Below, piece by piece: positions 49,030 to 60,600 of a stretch of DNA of 64,000 nucleotides. The notes beneath the pieces are model-generated. The model saw only the letters and a list, made by a program, of their open reading frames with translations. It had not been told where the DNA came from and searched no databases. The stretch comes from Candidatus Parvarchaeota archaeon. Its GTDB lineage: Archaea > Nanobdellota > Nanobdellia > Parvarchaeales > Parvarchaeaceae. Location: the NCBI GenBank assembly GCA_023380615.1, contig JAMCRO010000019.1, positions 1,706 through 65,705 of the forward strand, read 5' to 3'. Made by a program: the position numbers and the translations under genes. Within the stretch, counting starts at the first letter, position 1, and every line of letters begins with the position of its first letter.

Positions 49030-49331
49030 GACAGGGACATAAACAGGAAAAACAGGGCAAGAGTAGTAAACAATACAATATTCCCATATTCCCAGATAAG
49101 AGTTGTTGGATTGCTCAATGAAACAAATGTAGTTATCCCATAATTTATTACCAAAACCAAGGTAGTCACAAAGAAGAATACAAATGCAAACTGCTTGTAC
49201 TTTTTAATGTAAAACGAAGATAAAAACAAAGTTGGATTTTTATTTAGCTTCTTTCTTAGCATCAGTATAAACAACAGCATTAACGCACCCAAAATCAATG
49301 ATATAACTCCATATATAAAGTCAATGCTCAT
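49026..49331 (-). CDS. 3-TM membrane protein, second gene of pair copy 3
   Basis: ATGA overlap; AGGAGG SD inside the upstream Arg-Arg codons. Confidence 0.75.
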   Translation of the reverse strand: MSIDFIYGVISLILGALMLLFILMLRKKLNKNPTLFLSSFYIKKYKQFAFVFFFVTTLVLVINYGITTFVSLSNPTTLIWEYGNIVLFTTLALFFLFMSLS

Positions 49332-49693
49332 ACAAACCTCCTAAAAAGCTTGAACCAGCGGAAAGATATGTATACGACAATAAACAATGCAGCTATCCCA
49401 AACAGATAAGCAAGGTAAAATAAAACTTGATCTATGGTGAATAATGAAGGGTAGTTATTAAGTAACTTTTGAATGAACGTAAACAATCCTGTCAAAAAAA
49501 GCATTAATGCTGGATAAATAAACATGTTTAACTCTTTTGTAGCCGAATCTTTGTTTAGAAAGAAAGAAGTCAAAGGTGCCTTGTCTTTTCTGTGCTTGAA
49601 AATGGCAAAGAAAGTTATACCTGAAAAAACTGAACTGACAATCCCACCTATAAAAAGCACAGCGAATATCACTGTGTAAGCTATATTCAGCAT
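49328..49693 (-). CDS. 3-TM membrane protein with KHRKDKAPL motif, first gene of pair copy 3
   Basis: Shared motif and C-terminal WFKLFRRFV. Confidence 0.8.
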   Translation of the reverse strand: MLNIAYTVIFAVLFIGGIVSSVFSGITFFAIFKHRKDKAPLTSFFLNKDSATKELNMFIYPALMLFLTGLFTFIQKLLNNYPSLFTIDQVLFYLAYLFGIAALFIVVYISFRWFKLFRRFV

Positions 49694-49739
49694 AATATCT
49701 CTAGTAATTAAGTTTATTTATAGTTTTATCAAACTTTTA

Positions 49740-50180
49740 TCAGTTTTTAAGAAATGCCAATATCTCTTCTGCGTGTTTGTCAGGAGAAACCTTTGGGTAT
49801 ACTTTCAGGATTTTACCATCCTCATCCAATATGAATGTAACCCTTGAAGCAACACCTAACATGGATTTTATTCCAAGCTTTGCAACGATTTTTTTATCAG
49901 AATCACTTAATAATGTGAATGGGATAGAATATTTACTTTTGAATTTCTTGTGTGATTCTATGCTGTCAACGCTTATTCCAAACACAGGAATTCCTAGAGA
50001 TTTAAAGGACTTGATATTGTCCCTGAAACTGCATGCCTCTTTTGTGCATCCTGGAGTATCATCCTTCGGATAAAAGTATACAACACTTTTCTTGCCCTTT
50101 AAATCAGATAAAGAAACTTCTTTTCCGTCATCTGCTTTAAGCCTGAAATCGGGAAACATATCTCCTTCTTTGACTTCCAT
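49740..50180 (-). CDS. bcp: Peroxiredoxin BCP/PrxQ
   Basis: YFYPKDDTPGCTKEACSFRD; start MEVKEGD at 50180. Confidence 0.95.
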   Translation of the reverse strand: MEVKEGDMFPDFRLKADDGKEVSLSDLKGKKSVVYFYPKDDTPGCTKEACSFRDNIKSFKSLGIPVFGISVDSIESHKKFKSKYSIPFTLLSDSDKKIVAKLGIKSMLGVASRVTFILDEDGKILKVYPKVSPDKHAEEILAFLKN

Positions 50181-50215
50181 ATGCATATAAAGAAAAACAA
50201 GTATATAAGGTTTAT

Positions 50216-50866
50216 ATGCCAGAATTCGTTTTACTTGAGCAGAAAAAAGCAGAAAAAGCAATAGATATACTTGAAAACAGATACAGAAACGTAGGCTATT
50301 ACCTTAATTTCAGCGGACCATTGCAACTTTTAGTTGCTGCAATACTGTCCGCACAGACAAAGGATACGGTTGTAAATGAACTAACTCCTGGGCTTTTCAA
50401 AAAATACAAGACTTTAGAAGAATTTGCAGAAGCAGATCCACATGAGCTGCTAAACTACGTAAAAAGAGTCAGCTTTGCAGAAAACAAAGTAACGCACATA
50501 ATAAACTGCTGTAGTATAATAAAAGAAAAGTACGGAGGAGAAGTGCCGGATAAGATGAATGATCTACTTTCATTGCCCGGTGTCGGAAGAAAAACAGCAA
50601 ATACCATTTTGATAAATGCATTCAACATAGTGGAAGGCATACCTGTAGATACATGGGTGATGAAGCTCTCTTATAGGATAGGGCTAAGCAAAAGCAAGAA
50701 ACCAGATGAGATAGAAAATGACCTTAAAGGCCTTGTTAATAAAAACTACTGGAAAAACTTTGCTTATGTGCTTAAGGAGCACGGTCATCAGATCTGCCAG
50801 TCTGTGAAGCCAAAATGCGAGATATGCCCTATAAAGGAGATATGTCCAAAAAACGGAGTTAACTAA
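50216..50866 (+). CDS. nth: Endonuclease III
   Basis: LSAQT.D, HhH LPGVGRKTAN, VDT, Cx6Cx2Cx5C Fe-S motif. Confidence 0.95.
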   Translation: MPEFVLLEQKKAEKAIDILENRYRNVGYYLNFSGPLQLLVAAILSAQTKDTVVNELTPGLFKKYKTLEEFAEADPHELLNYVKRVSFAENKVTHIINCCSIIKEKYGGEVPDKMNDLLSLPGVGRKTANTILINAFNIVEGIPVDTWVMKLSYRIGLSKSKKPDEIENDLKGLVNKNYWKNFAYVLKEHGHQICQSVKPKCEICPIKEICPKNGVN

Positions 50867-50993
50867 ATAATATTTTTCACTTTATAATTTAGTGAATAAG
50901 TTAAAATATATAATTTCATCATGCAAAAGAGAGAAAAAAAGCAAAAAGTATTTATGTAAGTTGTCTTCTAATATAGATTGAGGGGATGAAAAT

Positions 50994-51089
50994 ATGTCAA
51001 GCATAGTTTTGGTAGGTGCAGCGGTTTTGTACTTATTGATACTTATAGCCATAATACTTAGAAACAATTCCCTTGCCGCAAAGGTTTGA
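50994..51089 (+). CDS. Putative 31-aa single-TM microprotein MSSIVLVGAAVLYLLILIAIILRNNSLAAKV
   Basis: GAGGGG SD about 8 nt upstream, TTTATG box at about 50951, uninterrupted hydrophobic helix; below the ORF-track cutoff. Confidence 0.55.
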   Translation: MSSIVLVGAAVLYLLILIAIILRNNSLAAKV

Positions 51090-51129
51090 GAATTGAAAAA
51101 ATAGGCTTGGTATCAATTATTTGTACTTA

Positions 51130-51648
51130 TTAAGGTCTGATTTGATTCGTAAATTTGCCGGAGTATTTTGCCTTTCCTTTTAACTCCTCAAATACTATCT
51201 GACAGATCTTAGTATTCGGTTTTATAGCCAGTGCTATCGGCGATAAATTGGCCATTTCCAATACTATTTTACCGGAAGTACCTGGCTGCATGAAACCACT
51301 GCTTATGTGTGTTAACAGCCCCAACCTTGCAAATCTTGACCTTCCGTCTATCCTGGCAGAGATGTTCTGCGGAAGAGATACCTTTTCTATTGTTATGGCA
51401 TGAACAAGTTCTCCAGGCTGAATAAGAAAGCTTTCCCCTTTTTTTATCTTTATTTCTTCCGTCAGTTCCTTATAATCTGTAGAATCATCCACTATAACCA
51501 TCTTGTTTATCTTTTTGAATACTCTGAAAACATAGCCCAATCTAAGATCAACCGAGCCTGGCCCTATCTGTTTCCTGTCCAATGGGCTTATCTTTAATTC
51601 CTTAGAATCTAGAAGCTTTATTATTTCATCATGTGATAATACCGACAT
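51130..51648 (-). CDS. dcd: dCTP deaminase
   Basis: QIGPGSVDLRLG, GRSRFARLGL, PG..GKIVLE, ICQ..F. Confidence 0.9.
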   Translation of the reverse strand: MSVLSHDEIIKLLDSKELKISPLDRKQIGPGSVDLRLGYVFRVFKKINKMVIVDDSTDYKELTEEIKIKKGESFLIQPGELVHAITIEKVSLPQNISARIDGRSRFARLGLLTHISSGFMQPGTSGKIVLEMANLSPIALAIKPNTKICQIVFEELKGKAKYSGKFTNQIRP

Positions 51649-51696
51649 AATTACTTGAATACGCCTATTCATTAAAAACATTTATTTTTATAGGCT

Positions 51697-54600
51697 TTAG
51701 GGTAGTACACTGCCCAAGCTAACGGAAGGCATTACGCCGTCTGGAGGATATACACGAATTCTAAACCAATATATTGGTCCTATTTGCGGTGAAGTAGTAC
51801 TTTGTTCTCCTATTATACCAATCTTTAGGGAGGATGAAGGATTAGTAGTTATTTTCCCCTTTGAACCGTAATTATAGGAGAAATAAGATGCAGAAGAATT
51901 CGGCCAATAAATCTGCCATAAATTAGTTCCTGAGGTCGTTGGTGAACTTAAAGCTGTTCTTGTTCCTCCATCTGTTTGTATTGTCTGCGGGTAAGCTGTA
52001 GATATAGAAAGACTTCCTGTTCCACTGTAATCTAACATAGTCCAAGCAACTTGCATATCATAGGAAGTAGTGCCTGTGATAAAGCCTATAGCTGACTGAT
52101 CTGCAGAGGTTGATGAAGGGATATCCCCGTAAAATTCAAGTAGAGTATCTGAACTTGGGCCGTAAGTATCGTTTGTTTCAATAGCCCCTGTTCCGCTTGA
52201 GGGGTTTATGGTTACGCCATTATTTATGCTCACTGTTCCAGAAGATGTCCATCCAGATGGAACTGTAGTTCCAGCGAAATTCCAGTATTCAGTGAATACA
52301 TCTACCCCATCGTCATATTCCCCATACGTTGAAGAAAGCTGTGGAGCTTCGCCAGTATTGTTGGTATTAAACAGATTTGTATCATTTGATGCAAAGCCTA
52401 TTGCAACGTCTTGTATGGTCGTATCTGCAGGTATGCCGTTCGGCAATTTGATCCAGAATATGGCGTACTTTGAAGTGTAGCTCTCAAGCCATGAATCTAG
52501 TACCTTGCCGGTTGCAATGTTAAAGAACTCAACGTTTTGTAAGGAATATTTGCCAGTCTGGTTTATGTATTGGCTATCTGATGAAGTTATAGTCAAATTA
52601 ATCATCTGCTGGAATGGCACTGAAGTAGGAATAGACTGAGCATTGGTTATATTTATCGGCATATAATAAATTAAGGAAGAAGACAACTGTGGGTATATAT
52701 CTCTTGTTATTGTAATAGAATTTGCAGTATAATTCTGATTTCCACTAGTATTTAGAACTATAGTATAGTTTCCTACACGACTACTTAAATTTAATGTTGT
52801 ACTTTTGTTTATAGTTTTATTAAAAATGCCATTTATATACAATGTTGCATTTAACTGGTTGTTAATAGTAGATATCGATACGTTTATTATGAGACTTGTT
52901 CCATTATATAGATAATTTTTGTTAGGATTTGACACCAGATTAAGTACGGGAGTTGCTTTGTTTATTGTATTATAATAGGACACATTTTTTATGCTCGTGG
53001 AATTGGATCCTCCGATTACTTTTATTTTCCCTGCAGCAAAAAGATTAGAATATGTTGAAATATTGCCAGATAAATTGGTTAAAGATACTACTGAATTATT
53101 TAACTCCTTCCAAAGTTTGACATAGTGATTATCAGACTCAACTGTAAAATTACTATCTTTACCATAAATCATTGTAATATTATTGTTCGAGATGCCGTTT
53201 ATAAACAGAGTTATTGGTTTCGTAACTAATGTATTTAATTTAACAGAAGGCATTACGCCGTCTGGAGGGTAAGCACGAACATTAACCCAATAAACAGATA
53301 TGGGATTAGTATACTCATTAGTTAAAGATAAACCAATCGATGATGAATATGCTGGAATAGTAGTTGTTATGGTTTGTCCTGAACTTCCTAATGTTGAATA
53401 GGTATTTGGATTATAAAATAAAACTTGCGTGTCCGTAGCGGCTATACTCCATATAACGGAAGTATTTGCTAAAGAACTCCAAGAACCTATCTCATTTTGT
53501 GTTCCTGATGAGCCAGCATCTGTATTTGCATACCAATTTCCATTATCATATATCTGTTCGCCAAAAGATTGTGTAGATGAACCTCCAAAGTAAGTTGGAT
53601 TTGAATTTGTAAATCCCCATCTAAATGTTGTATTAGTTGAGGGGCTATTTTCATAAACATCTGCCACTACAGATCCATCGAAACTTCCAGAACTTAAAGA
53701 GGTTTTAATCCAAGTTTGATGAGAAAGCCCTCCTGTTCCGCCACCTGTTAAAGTTAATTTATTACTCACTATAATATCTGAGGTAGAACCACTTGTTCCT
53801 GAACTGCCAAAGCTGCTCCACTTTGTAGTATTTAAACTAGTTCCTTTAAAGTTATCGTAAAAATTGAATACATTGGCTCCATCGTCGTATTCTGCATATG
53901 TAGGGGATAGCTGAGGTGCTTCACCAGTATTATTAATGTTAAACAGATTTGTATCATTGGATGCAAAGCCTATTGCAACGTCTTGTATGGTCGTATCTGC
54001 AGGTATTCCGTTCGGCAATTTAATCCAGAATATGGCGTACTTTGAAGTGTAGCTCTCAAGCCATGAATCTAGTACCTTGCCGGTTGTAGTGTTAAAAAAC
54101 TCAATATTTTGGAAGGAATGTTTGCCAGTCTGGTTTATGTATTTGTTATATGATGAGTTTAACGTTAAATTAATCATCTGCTGGAAAGGCTGTTTAGTAG
54201 CAGAAGTTTGAGAGTTGGTAATGTTCAACACTGCGTATTTGTAAATACTTTGAGGAGTAACTAAGCTATGTTTAGAGAAGTTTATCGTAAGTTTTCCAAA
54301 TGAAACCGTATAACCGGAAGAAGAATTTGGTACATAAATTTCACTTGAAAAGGTTATATTGTTGATACTGTAACTGTAATTGCCAAAATTACTTGCAAGT
54401 GTTATCAAGTTTGAGATTGAAGAGTTCACTTTATTGTCGTATTTCACAGTCCAATTGGTACCCGAAGGAAGCCCTTCTTCAACAAATTGCTTAATGCATG
54501 CCCAGCTAGATATGTTGTTAGAAGTTCCTGGGTCTGCAATGCCATTGGACGAACAACTTATGTTTGACCCCGCAGAATAAGTATAAATAATCGAATTAGA

Positions 54601-57600
54601 GGAATTAAAGTTTATTTTTATCGCACTCCCAGTTTTATTGCTATTGTTTACCCCGTTGTAATCAACCCACCAATTATTGCCTTTAGGCAGTGTACTCTGA
54701 TTGAAAGTAGTGGTGCAGTCCCAATTAGAAAAGACATACGTAGAACCTGCCTCAACGGATGCGGGCTTTACCCTGCACGACATATTAGTTGACGCCGTTG
54801 CAGTATAATTACCATACGGAATATTGTGAATTATTATCGTATTATTCGAATTATTTAAAGAGGTCTTTGGCGCAATAAATGACACTGTTGGCATAACACC
54901 GTTAGGATATGAAAGTGCTATAGTTGGAGCTGTCAAAATGAATCCTCCTGGACCACAGCTCCCCCCGCCGTTTCCTCTAGAAGTGCCCAAGAGATACTGC
55001 CCAGGGGGTAAATTGACTGAACCGTAGGATGATAGACAGTAGGGTGTGTTAAAGAAATCGTTGAAATATGATTTGCCGGTTGAAACGCTGATTATACTCA
55101 ATCCAGAGTAACCCCCGCTTCCACCTGCCATGTAAATATTAACATCTCCCCCTCCCCATGAACATATCATTTCATTATTTCCTCCAGGATAGTTCTCCAT
55201 GTTAAAGAAATCGCCACATGATGTGTAATTTTCACTTAGCTTTACGGGAAGCTGGGAACCTGTTGAGGGTTGAGGGTACGGGCCTAACTTTGGAGATACA
55301 CTTGAATTAAGGCTATTAAGTACATCTGTAGAATTCGATGCAAACCCTATATAAACATATGTAAACGAATTGGCAGGTATCTCCCCCAAATCTAACCAGT
55401 ATACCGCATCGTTACTGTAGCCGTAGTTTTCAAGCCAACTGGAAATTATTGTTCCGTTTGGATAGAAAAATTCAACATTTTGGAAATTGGATGCTGCGAG
55501 ACCCCCGTAAACTGTATTATTTACAGTTACCATTTGCTGGAAAGAAGACGCTGTGGAAACATTCTGAAAATTGCTTATTTTTAAAAGCTTATATTTTGTT
55601 ATGTTACTTAAATCTGAAGTTTGGGATGCAGAAGTACTTCCATTTTTGCCATCGAAAGCAACAGACCAGTTACCTATAAGACCCTTCTCTGAGAAAACAG
55701 TTGTACAGAGATCAGACGATAATGAAAAGTGAATATTAATAATAGCCCCTGCATTTTCTTTGGAATCAGTAACGTTTGAAGTATATGTAGATATACAGTT
55801 TAAGGTTGATGATTTATTTGAAGAAGTATAAACTGATAAATTATAACGGCCTGGAACGGTACTAAAAGTCATATAATCAGCTGTTGCGGATTTATTTATT
55901 CCATCAAATGAAGCGTACCAGCGGTACCCTTGCGGTAAACCGGTCTCTGTTAAATTTGTTGTTACCAGCGTAAGATTAATAAAAACAGAAGGCATTACTC
56001 CATTTGGAGGATAGGCACGTACACGAATCCATTGATATTGCTGATCAAATGACGCCCCATTACCTGTGTTATAATCCCCCAAATTAATATAAAGAGGTGC
56101 AGAAGGATTATCGGAAGTAGTTGAAGATGTGGATCCGTAATTAAGAAAAGTAGTTACTCCATTAACTGAAGATAATGAAACGGAATAGATGTTCCAGTTC
56201 AAATTATAGGATGTTGATTGGAGATATGTATATGCCCCATTAAGAACACTTTCGGATTGGATAATATCCCCTAAATTGTCCTTTCCTGCCGACCACCCTG
56301 CAATTGTATCTCCAGTTCCACCATTATTATCCCAAACAGGCTCTGAATTGCTGACAGTAGATATCCCTATAAGTCCTCTTTCATTTCCAGTATTTCCCTT
56401 ATTTTGATTAATGTAACCTTCCAATATCTCATTATTACTAAATACCTGATGAGTAGTTGCAACATATGTCGAACCAGACGTGCTTCCATCTCCACTTATG
56501 GTAAGACCGTTATCTACGGAAACTTTTGACCCTGAAACCGCACCAGAATTCCATATATTTGTATTTAAACTTGTTCCGTTGAAGTTAGCATAGAAGTTAA
56601 ATACATTTGCCCCATCATCATATTCCGCATATGTTGAAGATAACTGTGGTGCCTCTCCTGTTGTGTTGATATTGAAATTATTGGAATAAGCTAGGAGGGT
56701 CTGATTGAATATCATGTCAATGGCTATGCTGCTTTCCGCCGGAATGCTTTTAATTTTTAGCCAGTATACAGTATCATTTGAGGTATTCGAATTACCAGAT
56801 TCCAACCATGAAGGAATAACTGTTCCATTCTGATATGTAAACATTATGTTTGTTAATTTGGAGTTTTCATCTTTTGAATATTTTGAAGAGTTAAAAACAA
56901 GCATCTGCTGGAAGGGTTGTGAAGTTGCTGTTGACTGGTTATTATAAAACGAAATAGGGATTATAACGGGCTTTTTATAAGCAGAAGTATCATTTGAAAA
57001 TACAAATGTTGCATTAGATCCGGATGCAATGAATCCACCAGATATATTAGACAAAAAGCCAGAGTTGTAGTCTACTGATGGATAAACCTTGAAAGTATAA
57101 TTATCACTATAAGAAGTTGTAAATTCCATAATATTTGACTTAGAAGAACCATTTTTACCGTTTAAATTTACTATCCAGGTATAACCTGATGGAAGCCCTT
57201 CTTCTTTAAAGTAGGTATGACAAACGCTACTGAAATTGATCATTTCTGTAGAGCCTGAAGTGACACTGCCAGAAGAAGGGACTGGAATAAAATTACACTG
57301 CGATTGGTTTTCAGCTTGTACCGAAAAACCAAAAGAAGACAAAGCAGAGGTATTGAAAGTAATATTGCTGGAGATGGAAGAATTCTTTATACTGTTATAT
57401 GTAACTGACCAATTATCTTTTAAAGGCAAGCCGGTTTCATTAAATGTAGTTATACAAAAGGAAACTGAAAAACTTACATCTGTATCTGAACCTGCAGCAA
57501 TACCGCCGTTTGCAGGAGTAGCAATGTATCTACAGCCTGCAATATTCACTGCAGGCACTGTAAAGTTATACAGCCCTTTGGTGGTATTTAAAGAAATATA

Positions 57601-60600
57601 TTTTTTGGTAGATGAATTTGACATATTTGCAAAGGTTACGCCCCATTTTGTACTGCTAGGTAAACCGGATTCGGTGAAATTAGAGATACAATAATCTTCC
57701 GTAAACTTTACATAGGTATAATGGCCTGCTTGTGCATAACCATTTGATTCATTGGAAACAAAATAACAATTATGGTAATCAATAGATGGCACAGAAAATG
57801 AATAATTACCACTTATAATATTGAAACTTATGTCCGATAAAGAAGATGAATTAGTCAGATTATCGTACTTTACAGCCCAGCTAATTCCGGACGGTAAGCC
57901 GGTTTCTATAAATTCGGAATAACAGTAATTTGAAAAGCTAATAATTGTGCTTGATCCAGCAGTTAAATAGCCGCTGCTTGGATCTGGCGTAAGATAACAG
58001 TTTGTTGATACTTGTATCCTTGGCACTGAAAAAGAGAAGTTTCCATAAATAGAGTCCACATCCAATGAACTATTAGAAGAATAATTTGTTATACCGTCGA
58101 ATTTAACACTCCAAGTTATTCCTTTTGACAAACCTGTTTCATTAAATAAAGTTATACAAGAAGAAGAAAAAGAAAGAAGTAAAGAAGAGCCTGCAGCAAT
58201 GTGACCGTCGCTTGGATTTGGAGTAAAGACACAGCCACCATCTTTTATGCTGTATGCAGTAAAGTTAAAAGTACCCGGAATCGTTGATAGCTCTAATGAA
58301 GTTTTATTTGAACTGTAATTGATATTATTATAAGTTAACGTCCATTTTGTATTAGAAGGAAGGTTACCCTCTGTAAATGTAGTGTAGCATCTTGTCTGAT
58401 TGAATATTAGATATAAAGTTGACCCAGCAGCAAGTTCTGAAGAGCCATTCTTGGCAACATACAGACAGTTATTTAAAGTTAAGTTTTCTACAGTGTACTT
58501 AAAAGTGCCTGGAGGAGTCACAAACTGGATGCTTGTACTTGTAGACGCACTGCTCTGATTATCATATGTTAAATTCCATTCACTTCCCGGTGGCAGCCCG
58601 TTCTCATAGAATACGGTTGTGCATCCTCCACTGTAACTTACGCTAACCCTTGAACCCGCTATCGTATTTCCAGAAGAAGGATTTGGTCGGTATGAACAGC
58701 TGGAATTGCCTATAAATGGCAGACTATACGCATAAGTACCGTTTATTGATGGCACTTTTATTACAGAGGCATTTGATGAAACCGTAGTGCCGTTATATGT
58801 AACAAACCAGTATGTGTTTTTTGGCAAGCCGGTTTCATTGAAAGAAGTAAGGCATGATGCAGTAAAATGAACTGTGAAATAACCTCCTGCTGCGGTACTA
58901 CTAGACAAAGGTTCCGGAGAAAATACACAATTAGATAGATTTATTGGATAAAATTTTGCCGTAAAAATTCCGGGAGGGGTGGTTATTGTAACGTTATTAT
59001 TAGAGGGACTCTCTGTTATCCCGTCAAAGGTAAGCTTCCACTGCGTATTAGCCGGCAAACCCCTCCCTATAAAGGTAGTATTGCAGGTATTTTCAATAAA
59101 TGATATATTTATATTTCCACCTGCGATGAGATAGCCTGAAGCGGGGGAGGGCAAAAAGGAACAATATGAAGAATCAACCGTATTCAAAGAAAAAGAGAAA
59201 TTACCCGGAGTTGTTATAAAGCTTATATTGGATAGGCTGGAAGAATTAAGAATTCCGTCATATTTAACAGACCAAGTAGCACCTGAAGGCAATCCATCCT
59301 GAGAAAATGTGGATAAGCATTCCTTTGTATATGAAATACTGGCAGATTCTCCTGCCACTAAATAGGAAGATTCAGGTTTAGGATAATAAAAGCACCCAGG
59401 CCCTGCATTTATGATTTCGGAAGTATAAGAGTGATTTCCGGGTAAAGCGTATATTATTACTGATTTATTGAAAGAACTTCCAGACACTCCATCAAAATTC
59501 ACATCCCACTCTGTATCATTTGGCAAGCCGGTTTCATTAAAAATAGTCTTGCAAGTGTTTATATAAGTAGCATTGACATACGAGCCTACTTCTGTAGTTC
59601 CACTTGGTGAAGTTAAATTTATATGGCAACCGTCCTCTGAAATGCTTTTAGGCTTTATATGATAATTATAAGAGTTATTCGAGAAAGAGTCATTAAATAT
59701 TATTTTTGAAGTATTGGATGCTTTTGATAAAACATTGAAGGTAACATTCCATTCACTATCGCTTGGTAAGCCAGTTTCCTTAAAAGTAGTAAGACAGAAT
59801 ATTCCTGTGAATTTAATATTCAAAATAGATGATGTGTTGAGTGTACCCTGTGTTACGTTTGAAGTATAGAAACAGCCGCTACTTTCAGCAGTGAATACTT
59901 TAAAGTTATACGATCCTTCGTTTGTTAAGAATGAAATTTGATTGGAGTTGGAGGAAGCGTTTATATTATTAAAGGACACATACCAGTCTGTCCCTTTCGG
60001 AAGACCGGTTTCCTTAAAAGAGGTTATACAGTTATCTCCAAAGATTATAGAAAGGTTATTACCGGGAGCTATTGATCCGGAAGAGGGCTGTGGGTCATAT
60101 GCACAGAATGTATTTATTGGTACGCTCTCTACGGAATACGGATTGGCGGATGAATTTGAGGAACTAACTATTATTTTATTTGAGGTAGAAGAATATAATT
60201 TGTAGGAATATATTTCAGATGGATTTGGCAAATTATAATCAAAATAAGAGGGAAAAGAATCATTTACTTCCCACTTTGTACCGTTAGGTAAGCCAGTTTC
60301 TGTAAAAATAGTCTTGCATGCAGCACTAAAATGAACCGTAATATGAGAACCTGCAACTAATATCTCATTATAACTTGTAGAAAAAACACAGCCGTTTATA
60401 CTTACAGTAGGGATATGAACAGAGTAGTTTCCTGGATCCGTTGTGACTACGGTAAAATTCCTTGTTGAATAATTAGTTATATTGTCTATCGAAACGCTCC
60501 AATTTACATTTTTGGGCAGGCCTGTTTCAGTAATATTAGAAGTACATGAGCTTGGAGAGAAATAAACGCTGGCATTTCCACCTGAAACAAGATTACCGCT

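Noticed and set aside
50882-51067. 61-aa minus-strand ORF
   Set aside because: No motif; the plus-strand 31-aa ORF with SD and TATA explains the region better
51697-57000. Diversity-generating retroelement as the cause of module variability
   Set aside because: No reverse transcriptase and no TR/VR pair differing only at adenines was seen; the inserts differ throughout and in length
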